The position numbers and the translations under genes were made by a program. The notes under the pieces are model-generated. The model saw only the letters and a program-made list of their open reading frames with translations, did no database searches and was not told the DNA's origin. A stretch of DNA of 58,154 nt from a virus (lineage: Duplodnaviria > Caudoviricetes), in the IMG/VR virus record IMGVR_UViG_3300001838_000086, positions 1 through 58,154 of that record; one strand, given 5' to 3'. Below, one piece after another: positions 48,495 through 58,154 of the stretch. The first letter of the stretch is position 1. The number at the start of each line of letters is the position of its first letter.

Positions 48495-49164
48495 GTTTGT
48501 CTACCTTACCTTGTTTTGATGGTTTTCCTATATAAATTTGTTCATCATCTATTATATCGTCATTAGTATTTTGGGCAGTATTTTCATGTTGATTGGCTTT
48601 TGATGGATCACCCATACTGACTTTCTCCACATTAGCACTGTTTTTAATCTGTCTCATTTTAGCACCTTCTAATAGTTTTCTCATACTAGATGGCATTTTT
48701 GCATCAGCGATCTCAGATACAGTTTTATCCTTACTACCATAAGTAATCTTCTTATCAGAACTAGTTTTTTTACCACCCTTAACATTTCTTAAAGTATCAG
48801 AAACAGCATCTACTGCCCGTGCTAATTCATCATCTTTAACTTGTGATGATCCTATGGCATCTACATTCTTTTTACCAGATTCTACATTAAAAGCACGAGC
48901 TAGATTCTCTGGTGTCAAAGTTCCATCATGCCATACCTTTCCTTTTAATAATTTATGCCATAGTGGTAATTGTCTATTATCTAACCAAGTTTCCCATAAC
49001 GCCTTTTCTACTGGTTTCTTTGTTACTTCTTCTAATTTATCATCAGTTAAAGTCTCTAAACTCTGTTCTTTCGATTCTGCTTTCTCACTGTCTGGGTCAT
49101 TTAAATACCTATTCCATAACACTAATTTCTTAAGATTATCTTTTATCTCATCCTGTGTAGGCAT
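48487..49164 (-). CDS. hypothetical charged protein
   Basis: TTTAAATA promoter upstream. Confidence 0.6.
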   Translation of the reverse strand: MPTQDEIKDNLKKLVLWNRYLNDPDSEKAESKEQSLETLTDDKLEEVTKKPVEKALWETWLDNRQLPLWHKLLKGKVWHDGTLTPENLARAFNVESGKKNVDAIGSSQVKDDELARAVDAVSDTLRNVKGGKKTSSDKKITYGSKDKTVSEIADAKMPSSMRKLLEGAKMRQIKNSANVEKVSMGDPSKANQHENTAQNTNDDIIDDEQIYIGKPSKQGKVDKHD

Positions 49165-49194
49165 ATATAAGGTATATAACCAATGTATTTAAAT

Positions 49195-50577
49195 TTAACC
49201 AAACAATGCCTTTTGGAGTTTCTTAGACATATCCATTACATGCCAACTATCTCCACCAGCCACAGCCTTACAGGCTAATACAAGACTATCTGGGTAATCA
49301 TCATGTTCATCAGACCTAATCTTCATGATACCCGTTTCAGTATATTCTCTTCTTAGATATGATAATTGATATATTAACTTGTTAATCTGTTTAATCTTTA
49401 TTCTATGATTCTCAAACAACATTCTCAAATCACCATACATCTTGGCTTTTTCTTGTAGTGTAAACATAACACCCCTTACTGGAGATCCTTGTGATCTTGC
49501 CAAGTCAACTAGACCACCGCCCAATCCAGTCTCATCAACAAATACTGTCTCTATCTTATACTTGTCAATAAACTCTTTTACTCTACCAGCCACTTGTACT
49601 ACATTAGATTGTGATTCATTTTCAATTTCTTCAACGGATACTACATCATTGTCATCAACTGATACTATGGTATATACTGTTTCATCTCTACCAGTTCTAG
49701 CAACATCAACACCCATGAAGTATCTAACCCTACCTTTAGGAGTATAATCCCCTATCGCTTCCATCAATATAGAGTTAGGGAATAACGCATCACCAATATC
49801 TAGGAATTCACCATCTACTTCTTGTATGTATTCTTCTCTGGTTAATCTTTTAATCTCTTCTAAGAATGATGGATCTTTTTGAATGAGTGGGTTATCAGTA
49901 GACTTGACATGAAACTGTGTCCATAAGCCATCTGGGTTGGCTGGTTTGGAATTCATACATGCTTCATAGAAATAACCAGCCTTTGAGAAAGGTGTAGATG
50001 TTAACCATACTCTAGCTTGTGTAGCCATACCAGAAGGTAGGAATGCTTTTAATATGTCAGTCTTGATGAAAGAACACTCGTCTGCAATAATAACATGTGG
50101 TGAATAACCTCTAAGTCCTATACCAGTTTCACCAGTAGCCCTAGTGATAATCTTAGATACTCCATTACCATCTAGAAATGAAATCCATAATGCAGTTTGT
50201 GTGTTACGTATAACATATCCTTTTAGAAAGTCATTATCCATTATCAGTGATCTTATCTTGTCAAACATAATCGTAGCCTGATTTTGTGTAGGTGCAGCTA
50301 TAACTATAGTGCATTCATTCTTAACAGTTTCTAATAATACAGGGGCAAAGAAGGCAAAATGTATAGCTTTGATAGCAGTTGATACTGTTTTACCTACCTG
50401 TCTTCCTGATCTATATACTATGAATCTATCTTTACAATCTAGATATTTTCTATTGTAATCAAATACCTTGTGATCTAGAAATACCTCTGCAAACTTAGTA
50501 GGTGATTGAGCACAATCAGTTACAGTCTTGACGAAATCAAGGCGTTCCTGTATTTGCTCATTCGAGGTTCGAGGCAT
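49195..50577 (-). CDS. terL: terminase large subunit
   Basis: SGRQVGKT, APTQNQA, LRG, IIADE, TSTP, GVDVARTGRD, DETGLG, HDDYPDS. Confidence 0.95.
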   Translation of the reverse strand: MPRTSNEQIQERLDFVKTVTDCAQSPTKFAEVFLDHKVFDYNRKYLDCKDRFIVYRSGRQVGKTVSTAIKAIHFAFFAPVLLETVKNECTIVIAAPTQNQATIMFDKIRSLIMDNDFLKGYVIRNTQTALWISFLDGNGVSKIITRATGETGIGLRGYSPHVIIADECSFIKTDILKAFLPSGMATQARVWLTSTPFSKAGYFYEACMNSKPANPDGLWTQFHVKSTDNPLIQKDPSFLEEIKRLTREEYIQEVDGEFLDIGDALFPNSILMEAIGDYTPKGRVRYFMGVDVARTGRDETVYTIVSVDDNDVVSVEEIENESQSNVVQVAGRVKEFIDKYKIETVFVDETGLGGGLVDLARSQGSPVRGVMFTLQEKAKMYGDLRMLFENHRIKIKQINKLIYQLSYLRREYTETGIMKIRSDEHDDYPDSLVLACKAVAGGDSWHVMDMSKKLQKALFG

Positions 50578-51097
50578 CTGACACCGTTTTCTGTGCTTTT
50601 ATCTGTCTAAATATACTAGATATATCACCAGTCTTACCAAACTCTGTCTTCTCGGTAACTACTATTTTACTATTTAAATCATTGATTGCTTTTATCACAT
50701 TCAGTAGAGTATTAATTTCAGATTTAGTATTTCTATCTGGTACATTACCATCAAACTTAGCCTGAGTCAATGCCATCAATACGTTCTCCATGGATAGTTT
50801 GGCTATTAGATCTAGCATGTCTTTAACATCTTCTGGGTTTCTAGTATCAAGACTATTCAATAAACTTACAAAGTCAGTTCTGATTCCACATACTGCACCC
50901 TTTTCGTACTTTGGACATTTACCATTACCACCCTCTTCTATACTACGATAGATACATTGATCACATAATGCTGGTATGTTGGCATCTTTAAAATGCTTGG
51001 CACTATTAAAAGGTGATATTGTTTTTCTCTTGTTTTCTTCAGCAACAAAGTTACCACCTACTGATTTTATCTTGAAAATTTCTCCTTTATCATCCAT
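50558..51097 (-). CDS. putative terminase small subunit
   Basis: Helical 179 aa protein overlapping the terL start; call is positional. Confidence 0.45.
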   Translation of the reverse strand: MDDKGEIFKIKSVGGNFVAEENKRKTISPFNSAKHFKDANIPALCDQCIYRSIEEGGNGKCPKYEKGAVCGIRTDFVSLLNSLDTRNPEDVKDMLDLIAKLSMENVLMALTQAKFDGNVPDRNTKSEINTLLNVIKAINDLNSKIVVTEKTEFGKTGDISSIFRQIKAQKTVSDASNLE

Positions 51098-51117
51098 TAT
51101 ATAACAATTATTTTGTT

Positions 51118-51888
51118 CTAGTACTTAAAGTTTTCTTCGTAGATGTTGTAAGATTTACACATTGGCATAAATAATACAGCAAATGGTAGTTTTAATAGTG
51201 TGTAATACTCACTGTTAATCACATCATCGGTTTTTATCTTGATCTTTTCCATGTATTCTTTATACTTTTCGCAGTTATGTCTTACTATAGGAATCATACC
51301 TTTTCCTTTATCACCAAAGAATATAGATGATGTAGAGTTATTATTCCATACTTCCGTCTTTTTTGACATAGCCGCTGAGATCCATGCACTTGTATCTATA
51401 CTTTCAAACTTGTTTCCCCTACCAATATATTTACCTTTTGCTAATCCATGAAACTTAAGATTGGCAGGTAGTTTTCTCATTTGATCTTCGGTCTCTAGTT
51501 TACCTTTAATTTCACCGAGACATACATATGACCCAGATTGAGGTCTTAACATGGATAGATGATTAAGATAGTTACCCTGTAATACAGGTAAAGTCCAATC
51601 TATACCAGTATCTCTTTCCTTTTTATACCATTTTATAGTGTTCTCCATATCATAGAAAACATCAAACTGTGTAGCAAAATCATAGTTCTCTCTATGTTTC
51701 TTTAGTAGATCATGGTATCGTTCTGCTTCTGTACCTACTCCAGCGACCACAAATATACTATCAAACTTGTCTCTGAACTTGGTAATATTGGCATATGAAT
51801 ATCTAAATGATAGCATAACATTTCTAACCCCACATTCTGATAACGCTTCCAAATGGGCTTTGTTGTTAGCGTTAAAATAGATCTTCAT
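51118..51888 (-). CDS. TGT/DpdA-like (tRNA-guanine transglycosylase fold) protein
   Basis: MLSFRY, QFDV, LPVLQG, YVCLG, KFHGL, SIDTSAW; typical DSG motif not evident. Confidence 0.55.
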   Translation of the reverse strand: MKIYFNANNKAHLEALSECGVRNVMLSFRYSYANITKFRDKFDSIFVVAGVGTEAERYHDLLKKHRENYDFATQFDVFYDMENTIKWYKKERDTGIDWTLPVLQGNYLNHLSMLRPQSGSYVCLGEIKGKLETEDQMRKLPANLKFHGLAKGKYIGRGNKFESIDTSAWISAAMSKKTEVWNNNSTSSIFFGDKGKGMIPIVRHNCEKYKEYMEKIKIKTDDVINSEYYTLLKLPFAVLFMPMCKSYNIYEENFKY

Positions 51889-51991
51889 CCAGCACCAATT
51901 ATCTTATGGCATAGACAAGTACATTTAAATCCGTTTCTAGTTATGGGGCATTTAGTATGTTCGTGACTATAACATTCTGGTGATGCGTAAT

Positions 51992-52756
51992 CTACTCGTT
52001 CCATTTTTCTCTATTATCACCAAAACACATTGTTGCGTATGGACAAAAACCATCACATAGATAGTTCTTCACTCTTGGTGGTAAAGTCATATTTGTTAAA
52101 GAGTCTTTAATCTCTCTAGCCTTTATTATCATATCTTCTAAAGTCTCTTCTATAGGACTTAGTTTGAATGGGAGTGCTACAGGTTTATCTCTGGACTCTT
52201 TGTCTATTGAATTTGAAATATAAATTACACATCCATAGTCTGCATCTATACCATAACATTTCTTAAGTAATACCCTATACCTATTGATTTGGTCTACATG
52301 TGACTCACTTGCTTTTGCTGTAGCCTTTTGAAAATAGCCTATACTACCTGTTGTTTTCTTATCACATATCACCCATTTACCACCCATTTCTAATAAATCA
52401 TCTATACTTCCATAGATAATATCTAGGTGTCTTGGGTCATTTGGTGGTATCTTTAAGGCTTCTTCTTTTGTTAAAGCCTTATCTCTTACATAATCATATG
52501 CTAGAAACATCTCATGGTGTTCTGGTTTTGCAATCATTGAAGCAGAGTGAACTGCTTGACCAAAATACAGTGACCTCATATCTTCGGTATTCATACCAGT
52601 TTCAGGTAATGTTTTTTTATAGATTACATTTCTCATACATGGTTTGATAATATCACTAACATGAATAACACCTAACCTCTCTGTTTTCATGGCTTCAATT
52701 TGAGCTCGTCTAAACTCAAAATAAACTGCATTACTAATATCTTCTAACTTTAACAC
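51992..52756 (-). CDS. Cas4-like PD-(D/E)XK exonuclease
   Basis: N-terminal C, G..VH, GSIDD, DKKT, QINRY, C-terminal C..CPY...C. Confidence 0.8.
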   Translation of the reverse strand: MLKLEDISNAVYFEFRRAQIEAMKTERLGVIHVSDIIKPCMRNVIYKKTLPETGMNTEDMRSLYFGQAVHSASMIAKPEHHEMFLAYDYVRDKALTKEEALKIPPNDPRHLDIIYGSIDDLLEMGGKWVICDKKTTGSIGYFQKATAKASESHVDQINRYRVLLKKCYGIDADYGCVIYISNSIDKESRDKPVALPFKLSPIEETLEDMIIKAREIKDSLTNMTLPPRVKNYLCDGFCPYATMCFGDNREKWNE

Positions 52757-52791
52757 AAAAAGTAGTGGGGGATACCCACATATAAGGCTTT

Positions 52792-52986
52792 CTAATTATT
52801 TGCGAACTTTGTGCATCCACAAGTTTCATTTGGATTTGCATCAGATGGTGCTGTGCAACAGTCTCTTACATCATGTGTAACCCAAGGATGACTACATGCG
52901 TTGCATTCACCTTCACCGAATTCACCTACAAGTTCCTCTGATTTAGAATCCTTTTTTAAGAAATCGAATACTCCCAACAAATTCAC
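52792..52986 (-). CDS. Cys/His microprotein
   Basis: CNACSH...H...C...CGC. Confidence 0.5.
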   Translation of the reverse strand: MNLLGVFDFLKKDSKSEELVGEFGEGECNACSHPWVTHDVRDCCTAPSDANPNETCGCTKFANN

Positions 52987-52989
52987 CCC

Positions 52990-53343
52990 CTAATAACTTT
53001 CCTCTATGATGAAGTTGAAAGTATCACTTTGCTCTGATATTTCACCATCATCATCATAAAGCTCTACCTCGCCTTCCCATATACCAGCATTGTCTATATC
53101 GGTATCTTCAGATGTTAAAGTATATCCTATCTCACCATAAGTTCTATCTTCGTAAAAAGCATTACCGTCTATTATCAAGTCACCATTTGGTTTCCATACC
53201 TTCCATATAGCACTTGCAAACTGTGTTGTATCATTCAAGTTCTTTGTAGTGCCATCATAGTTCTTTATGTTTATATATAGTGTGGCTCTTGAACCAGATT
53301 TTATTCTGAATTCTATTGCTCTACCAGTCTGATTAACACTCAT
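52990..53343 (-). CDS. BppU-N-like Ig-fold virion protein
   Basis: GEIGYTLTSEDTD...AGIWEGEVEL pattern. Confidence 0.6.
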   Translation of the reverse strand: MSVNQTGRAIEFRIKSGSRATLYINIKNYDGTTKNLNDTTQFASAIWKVWKPNGDLIIDGNAFYEDRTYGEIGYTLTSEDTDIDNAGIWEGEVELYDDDGEISEQSDTFNFIIEESY

Positions 53344-53527
53344 GTCTTATAAAAGTTAGTATTATTTTTAAAGATAGCGTTACTTAGCTTCATCAGTAGT
53401 ACCAGCCCCATATTGTAATTGTAATTCCATTCGTTTTAGTCGATTCATTTCTGCTAATTCATTGGCAATACTAGTGAGTAATTCCATTTGGATTATAGGA
53501 ATATCTGATTTTGTATAGTCTTCTAGT

Positions 53528-54439
53528 TTATACTTGATCATTCTTATTCTTTATATACTTACATGGAGATGTTGTCTCTAGTTGAGATTCTAAGAATTCT
53601 ACATGTTCCAACTTTTTATGCTTTCTTTCATCATCTCTCAGATGTAAATGATTTATAAGAACCATTGGTTGCATCATAAATACTTTATCAGTCTTAACTT
53701 TGTGTATGGTTGGATTATAATCACATACCATGTCACAATTTTCATCATGAACGCACATACTTTTCTCAGTATAATAATGAAAATTTTTACCTAGAGGGAA
53801 TAATCTAGGTGAATGAAACTCCACATGAGAGTAATATGGATGCACTTTCATCATACCTAAACTATTCTCAGTTTCATAAAGTTCCATTAAAGATTTCTTT
53901 AACCATATCATTTTAACACCAGTAGTAAAATGGAAGAATTCATCGGCATCTTTGACTATAGCATATGATGGCACATCACCACATATTTCTTTTAATCTCT
54001 CAAGTTGGTAATTACGTTTTTCAGGTTCACTAGCCCATTTTTTATTCTCTGGATGTGTTTCATAGATTATTGTTATTCCTAAATTCTTAGTTTTTTCAAT
54101 GAATTTATCTATTATCTCTTTTGTTCTATCTGTACTACTTGCCTCACCATCAAAGTGTTCCCAAGCACCATCTAAGATATGTATAATATCCAAGTCATTT
54201 ATAAGTAAATCATTTTCCAAGCATTTTTCCAACATCTTTTCCTCATTATATATACAGTGAGCCACACATAGTTTCATCTTATCTTGTGGTATATACCATT
54301 CATCTGCAAATTTTTGCATTTCTTCTTCTAATTGTCTTTTTGAGAACTTTCTATCAGGATTACCATATATGACTTCTAAGTATACCCTTTCATTTAAATC
54401 AAAATATGGTACTTGTTTGAAACTTCCCTCTTCAGACAT
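53528..54439 (-). CDS. GT2-family glycosyltransferase
   Basis: YNEEKMLEKCL, ILDG, STDRT, DADE (DxD), PRLF. Confidence 0.8.
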   Translation of the reverse strand: MSEEGSFKQVPYFDLNERVYLEVIYGNPDRKFSKRQLEEEMQKFADEWYIPQDKMKLCVAHCIYNEEKMLEKCLENDLLINDLDIIHILDGAWEHFDGEASSTDRTKEIIDKFIEKTKNLGITIIYETHPENKKWASEPEKRNYQLERLKEICGDVPSYAIVKDADEFFHFTTGVKMIWLKKSLMELYETENSLGMMKVHPYYSHVEFHSPRLFPLGKNFHYYTEKSMCVHDENCDMVCDYNPTIHKVKTDKVFMMQPMVLINHLHLRDDERKHKKLEHVEFLESQLETTSPCKYIKNKNDQV

Positions 54440-54473
54440 GACTTTTATTCATGTAATCATAATATAAGTCTTT

Positions 54474-57400
54474 CTACCAGTCTGTTTTTACTCGTTTTTG
54501 TTTGTTAGAGGTTTTCACATCAGATCCTTTCTTTGGAGTTTTCACTACTCTCTGTGTAGGTCTGGTCTTTACTTCTATACTCTTTCTTCCACTCTTAACA
54601 TTCTTATCCTTATCTGATACCTTTACTTCCAAGTGTTTGGTCTTTATGTATACCTTTAATACAGAGTTAGTAGTATGCTCATGAGGTACATTTGGATCAA
54701 AGTCTTTTATCTTTAGATCGGTTGTGTGTGCTCTAGGCTCATCTAATCTCTTTAAGAATGAGTTTACTAAGTTGTTATGAGGTACATTTGGATCAGTATC
54801 TTTGAAGTGAGCATCTGCTTTGTGTGTCTGTACTACCTTAGCAATATCCAAGTTGACTGTTTGAGTGTATACTACCTTCGCTAGGTCAGTATCCACTGTC
54901 TGAGTGTATACTACTTTTGCTACATCTAGATTGACATTCTGAGTTTTTGTTACTTTTGCAAGATCTGATAGTGTATCATGAGTGTATATTACCTTTGCAA
55001 TATCCAAGTTGGTTGTCTGGTTATAAACTACCTTCGCTAGGTCAGTATCTACTGTTTGCTCATGAGATACGTTGGGCTCTAGATCTTTGAATAGTGTGTC
55101 TGTACTATGAGTGTATACTACTTTTGCAAGGTCTAGGTTAGTACTGTGGTCATGAGGTACATTTGGTTCAGTATCTTTGAATAATGTGTCTGTGCTGTGT
55201 ATCTTAGTTACCTTGGCTAATACCGAGTCTACTGTCTGTTCATGAGATACGTTAGGCTCTAGATCTTTAAAGAGTGTATCTGTACTATGAGTGTATACTA
55301 CCTTAGCAATATCTAGATTGGTACTGTGGTCATGTGGTGTATTTGGCTCAGTATCTTTGAATAACGTGTCTGTACTGTGTACTTTAGTTACTTTTGCAAG
55401 TACTGAACTAGTACTGTGTTCGTATGGTGTATTGGGTTCTAGATCCTTGAATAGTGTATCGGTTGTATGAGTGTATACTACCTTAGCAATATCTAGATTG
55501 GTACTGTGGTCGTGTGCTACATTGGGTTCTAGGTCTTTGAATAATGTATCAGTTGTATGTACCTTAGTTACTTTTGCTAATACTGAATCTGTTTCATGAT
55601 GCCAAATTACCTTTGCTAGATGTAAATCTACTGATTGTGTATATACTACCTTTGCTAGGTCAGAGTTTACAGTATGAGTCTTTGTAACCTTTGCTAGGTC
55701 AGAGTTTACAGTATGAGTCTTTGTAACCTTTGCTAGTGTTGAATCTACAGATTGAGTGTATACTACCTTTGCTAATACTGAATCTACTGTCTGAGTATAT
55801 ACTACCTTAGCAACGTCAGAATCAGTTGACTGTGTCTTTGTTACCTTAGCAAGTACTGAATTGGTAGTTTGAGTCTTGACAATTTCATATGCTATATGTA
55901 TGTCAGATCTATGTGTTTTTCCAGAGAATTTCTGTTTTACTGTATCTGTACTAGATTGTCTGAAATCATCTAATCTCTTGAGTTTAGTATTGGTTGTTAC
56001 ATCTCTAAACTCTCCTAGTTTCTTAACTGCTACATCAGTACTATGAACGTATGGTGCATTTGGATCAGTATCTTTTAGTAATGTATCAGTCTCATGATGC
56101 CAAATCACTATTGCGAGATGTGAATCTACTGATTGAGTGTATACAACCTTTGCAACATTGGAGTTTATTGTTTGAGTGTATACAACCTTTGCAACGTCAG
56201 AATCAGTTGATTGTACTTTAGTTACTTTTGCAAGTACTGAATTGGTGGTATGTGTTCTAGGTTCATCTAATCTCTTTAAGAATGACTCTACTGATTGTAT
56301 CTTAGTTACCTTAGCAAGTGTCGAATCTACTGTCTGCTCATGAGATACATTTGGTTCTAGGTCTTTGAATAGTGTATCAGTAGAGTGTATCTTTGTAACC
56401 TTTGCTAGTGTGGAATCCACTGTCTGAATCTTTACATTATCTAATTTCTTTAATAATGAGTTGATTAGATGTATATGAGGTGCGTTTGGATCAGTATCTT
56501 TGAATAATACATCAGTTGCATGAGTTCTAAATTCTCCTAATTTCTTAACTCCAGTGTCTACTTTGTGAGTCTTTGTAACCTTTGCAAGTACAGAACTTAC
56601 TGTTTGAGTCTTAGGTATATCTAGAGTCTTCTTTAGTGAGTTTGTAGTATGCTGTCTAACTATGTTTACTTTTCTCTTTAATGTATCAGTCTTGTGTGGT
56701 TTTGGTCTGTGTAATCTAGACTCAGTAATATGTTGTCTTGTTAATCCTAATCTTCTGAGTAGTGAATCTGTAATGTGTTGATATGCTTGAACAGTGTATG
56801 ATTTATTGGTGTAAGATGTTGATGTGTATGAGAAGTCGGACTGTGCAAATGGTTTATATAACCTAGTGTTTGTTGTATGTTTCTTAATTCTTACAATATA
56901 GGTGTTAGTCTTGTTTGTAAGAGTTGTAAATCCTTTAACTCTAGTATTTGTGAAGTGTTTTGTAACTGGTTGGTCTACTGTGTAACTGATTGGAGTGTAT
57001 GATGATGGTGTGTATGAATCAGCTCTTACGGATTTTTGTCTCTGTAACCATGAGTTTACTAGATGTAATTTAACACTAGGTATCTTTGTAACTGTCTGTG
57101 TTGTATGTGTCTTACTAATAATTCTCTTGAAGAATGACTGTGTTCCATGTCCTACAATCTTCAATAATTCTGTGGTGTAAGAAGTCTTAGTGTATGAATC
57201 TCGTCTATATGAGTTAACACCAACTCTTCCTAGTGATTGTAATACTGAACTTGTAGTATGTGATCTTAGTCTAGCTCTGTGAGTAGAGGTTGCATGTGTA
57301 ATAGTTGTTCTTAGGCTCTTTAAGTATGAGTTTACTAGGTGTTTTGTAACTGGTTGGTCTACTGTGTAACTTGTCGGTGTGTATGATAGGCTCTCATATG

Positions 57401-58154
57401 AATTAGATAATACAGTTTTTACCTTAATTCTGAATGTATTTGTAGAGTGTATTGCTTGTTTAGGTACTCGTAATGCACTGTTTACAGTATGAACTCTTGT
57501 GGGTATTGCCTTTAAGAATGAATCTATATAGTGTGTCTTCCTTACAACTTCTACTGCTACGAATGATTTTGTAGTGTATGATTGTGCTGTGAATGAATCC
57601 TCTGGTTCTGTTATTACTGTTTGTGTCTGATGTAATTTTGCTACTGAAGATTTACGATATGTAGATGTTGTGTGAGTTGTTATTGGTTTGCTTAGAACTG
57701 AGTTAGTAGTGTGAGTTGGAATGTCTTCTACAGTGTAAGATTGTATAGTGTATGAGTATTCTGTAAATGAGTTTGAACGTATTCCTAATACACGTTGTAA
57801 TCTAGACTCGGTTGTATGTGTCTTTAATCTTGCTTTGTTGACACTTGTAGTATGTGATCTGACTACGCCCATCTTTGCCAAGTATGTATTTGTATAGTGT
57901 CTTGTAGTTGGTTGGTCTATGGTGTAAGAATCTACAATATATGATGTAGGTGTGAATGAATTAGATAGTGTGGTGGCAGTCTTTAGTTTCCATGTGCTTG
58001 TAGTATGTTGTTTAGTTAGTCTATTTACTAGGAATGATGTTGTTAGTTGTGATTTTACTATCACTCTCTTTAATACAGACTCGGCTACATGTGTTGCTAC
58101 TTTGATTATATCAGTTGTGAATGAGTCTTTATCATAGGAATCTCTGGTGTATGA
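54474..58154 (-). CDS. giant Thr/His/Lys-rich repeat protein, putative virion fibre (5' end truncated by window edge)
   Basis: Frame is open to 58154 (at least 1226 aa); 13-aa units like HTTNSVLAKVTKT and ~19-aa units like HSTDTLFKDLEPN. Confidence 0.85.
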   Translation of the reverse strand, partial: SYTRDSYDKDSFTTDIIKVATHVAESVLKRVIVKSQLTTSFLVNRLTKQHTTSTWKLKTATTLSNSFTPTSYIVDSYTIDQPTTRHYTNTYLAKMGVVRSHTTSVNKARLKTHTTESRLQRVLGIRSNSFTEYSYTIQSYTVEDIPTHTTNSVLSKPITTHTTSTYRKSSVAKLHQTQTVITEPEDSFTAQSYTTKSFVAVEVVRKTHYIDSFLKAIPTRVHTVNSALRVPKQAIHSTNTFRIKVKTVLSNSYESLSYTPTSYTVDQPVTKHLVNSYLKSLRTTITHATSTHRARLRSHTTSSVLQSLGRVGVNSYRRDSYTKTSYTTELLKIVGHGTQSFFKRIISKTHTTQTVTKIPSVKLHLVNSWLQRQKSVRADSYTPSSYTPISYTVDQPVTKHFTNTRVKGFTTLTNKTNTYIVRIKKHTTNTRLYKPFAQSDFSYTSTSYTNKSYTVQAYQHITDSLLRRLGLTRQHITESRLHRPKPHKTDTLKRKVNIVRQHTTNSLKKTLDIPKTQTVSSVLAKVTKTHKVDTGVKKLGEFRTHATDVLFKDTDPNAPHIHLINSLLKKLDNVKIQTVDSTLAKVTKIHSTDTLFKDLEPNVSHEQTVDSTLAKVTKIQSVESFLKRLDEPRTHTTNSVLAKVTKVQSTDSDVAKVVYTQTINSNVAKVVYTQSVDSHLAIVIWHHETDTLLKDTDPNAPYVHSTDVAVKKLGEFRDVTTNTKLKRLDDFRQSSTDTVKQKFSGKTHRSDIHIAYEIVKTQTTNSVLAKVTKTQSTDSDVAKVVYTQTVDSVLAKVVYTQSVDSTLAKVTKTHTVNSDLAKVTKTHTVNSDLAKVVYTQSVDLHLAKVIWHHETDSVLAKVTKVHTTDTLFKDLEPNVAHDHSTNLDIAKVVYTHTTDTLFKDLEPNTPYEHSTSSVLAKVTKVHSTDTLFKDTEPNTPHDHSTNLDIAKVVYTHSTDTLFKDLEPNVSHEQTVDSVLAKVTKIHSTDTLFKDTEPNVPHDHSTNLDLAKVVYTHSTDTLFKDLEPNVSHEQTVDTDLAKVVYNQTTNLDIAKVIYTHDTLSDLAKVTKTQNVNLDVAKVVYTQTVDTDLAKVVYTQTVNLDIAKVVQTHKADAHFKDTDPNVPHNNLVNSFLKRLDEPRAHTTDLKIKDFDPNVPHEHTTNSVLKVYIKTKHLEVKVSDKDKNVKSGRKSIEVKTRPTQRVVKTPKKGSDVKTSNKQKRVKTDW
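55648..55736. repeat. perfect 39-bp tandem duplication (13-aa unit)
   Basis: ACCTTTGCTAGGTCAGAGTTTACAGTATGAGTCTTTGTA twice plus a partial third copy. Confidence 0.9.

Overview
AT-rich, near-complete genome of a tailed (siphovirus-like) archaeal virus that most likely infects ammonia-oxidising Nitrososphaeria/Thaumarchaeota. The host call rests on a near host-like amoC, archaeal MCM and RadA, and TATA-box promoters sitting directly before start codons. Minus strand 1-22.7 kb: portal, protease, scaffold, HK97-fold capsid, an amoC cassette, neck, tail tube, a tail chaperone with a -1 frameshift site, tape measure and tail-tip genes. Minus strand 46-58 kb: giant repeat fibre protein, glycosyltransferase, Cas4-like nuclease, TGT/DpdA-like protein and terminase. 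Plus strand 25-41.5 kb: early/replication region (amidoligase + class II GATase, DenV-like glycosylase, many microproteins, MoxR AAA + VWA, MCM, RadA). The two window ends appear to lie within the same repeat gene, so the map is probably circular with a gap. Most notable finding: two type I hammerhead ribozymes (30580-30633 and 32762-32816) with compensatory base changes. Each is predicted to cleave one nucleotide before an AUG inside the long early polycistron, suggesting ribozyme-generated leaderless mRNAs and/or an excised 2,183-nt circularisable RNA. Also seen: a ~330-nt highly structured ncRNA candidate with its own promoter, a phased array of BRE-TATA-like repeats, and palindromes bracketing a methyltransferase gene. 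All protein calls are from motif recognition by eye; no searches or folding programs were run.
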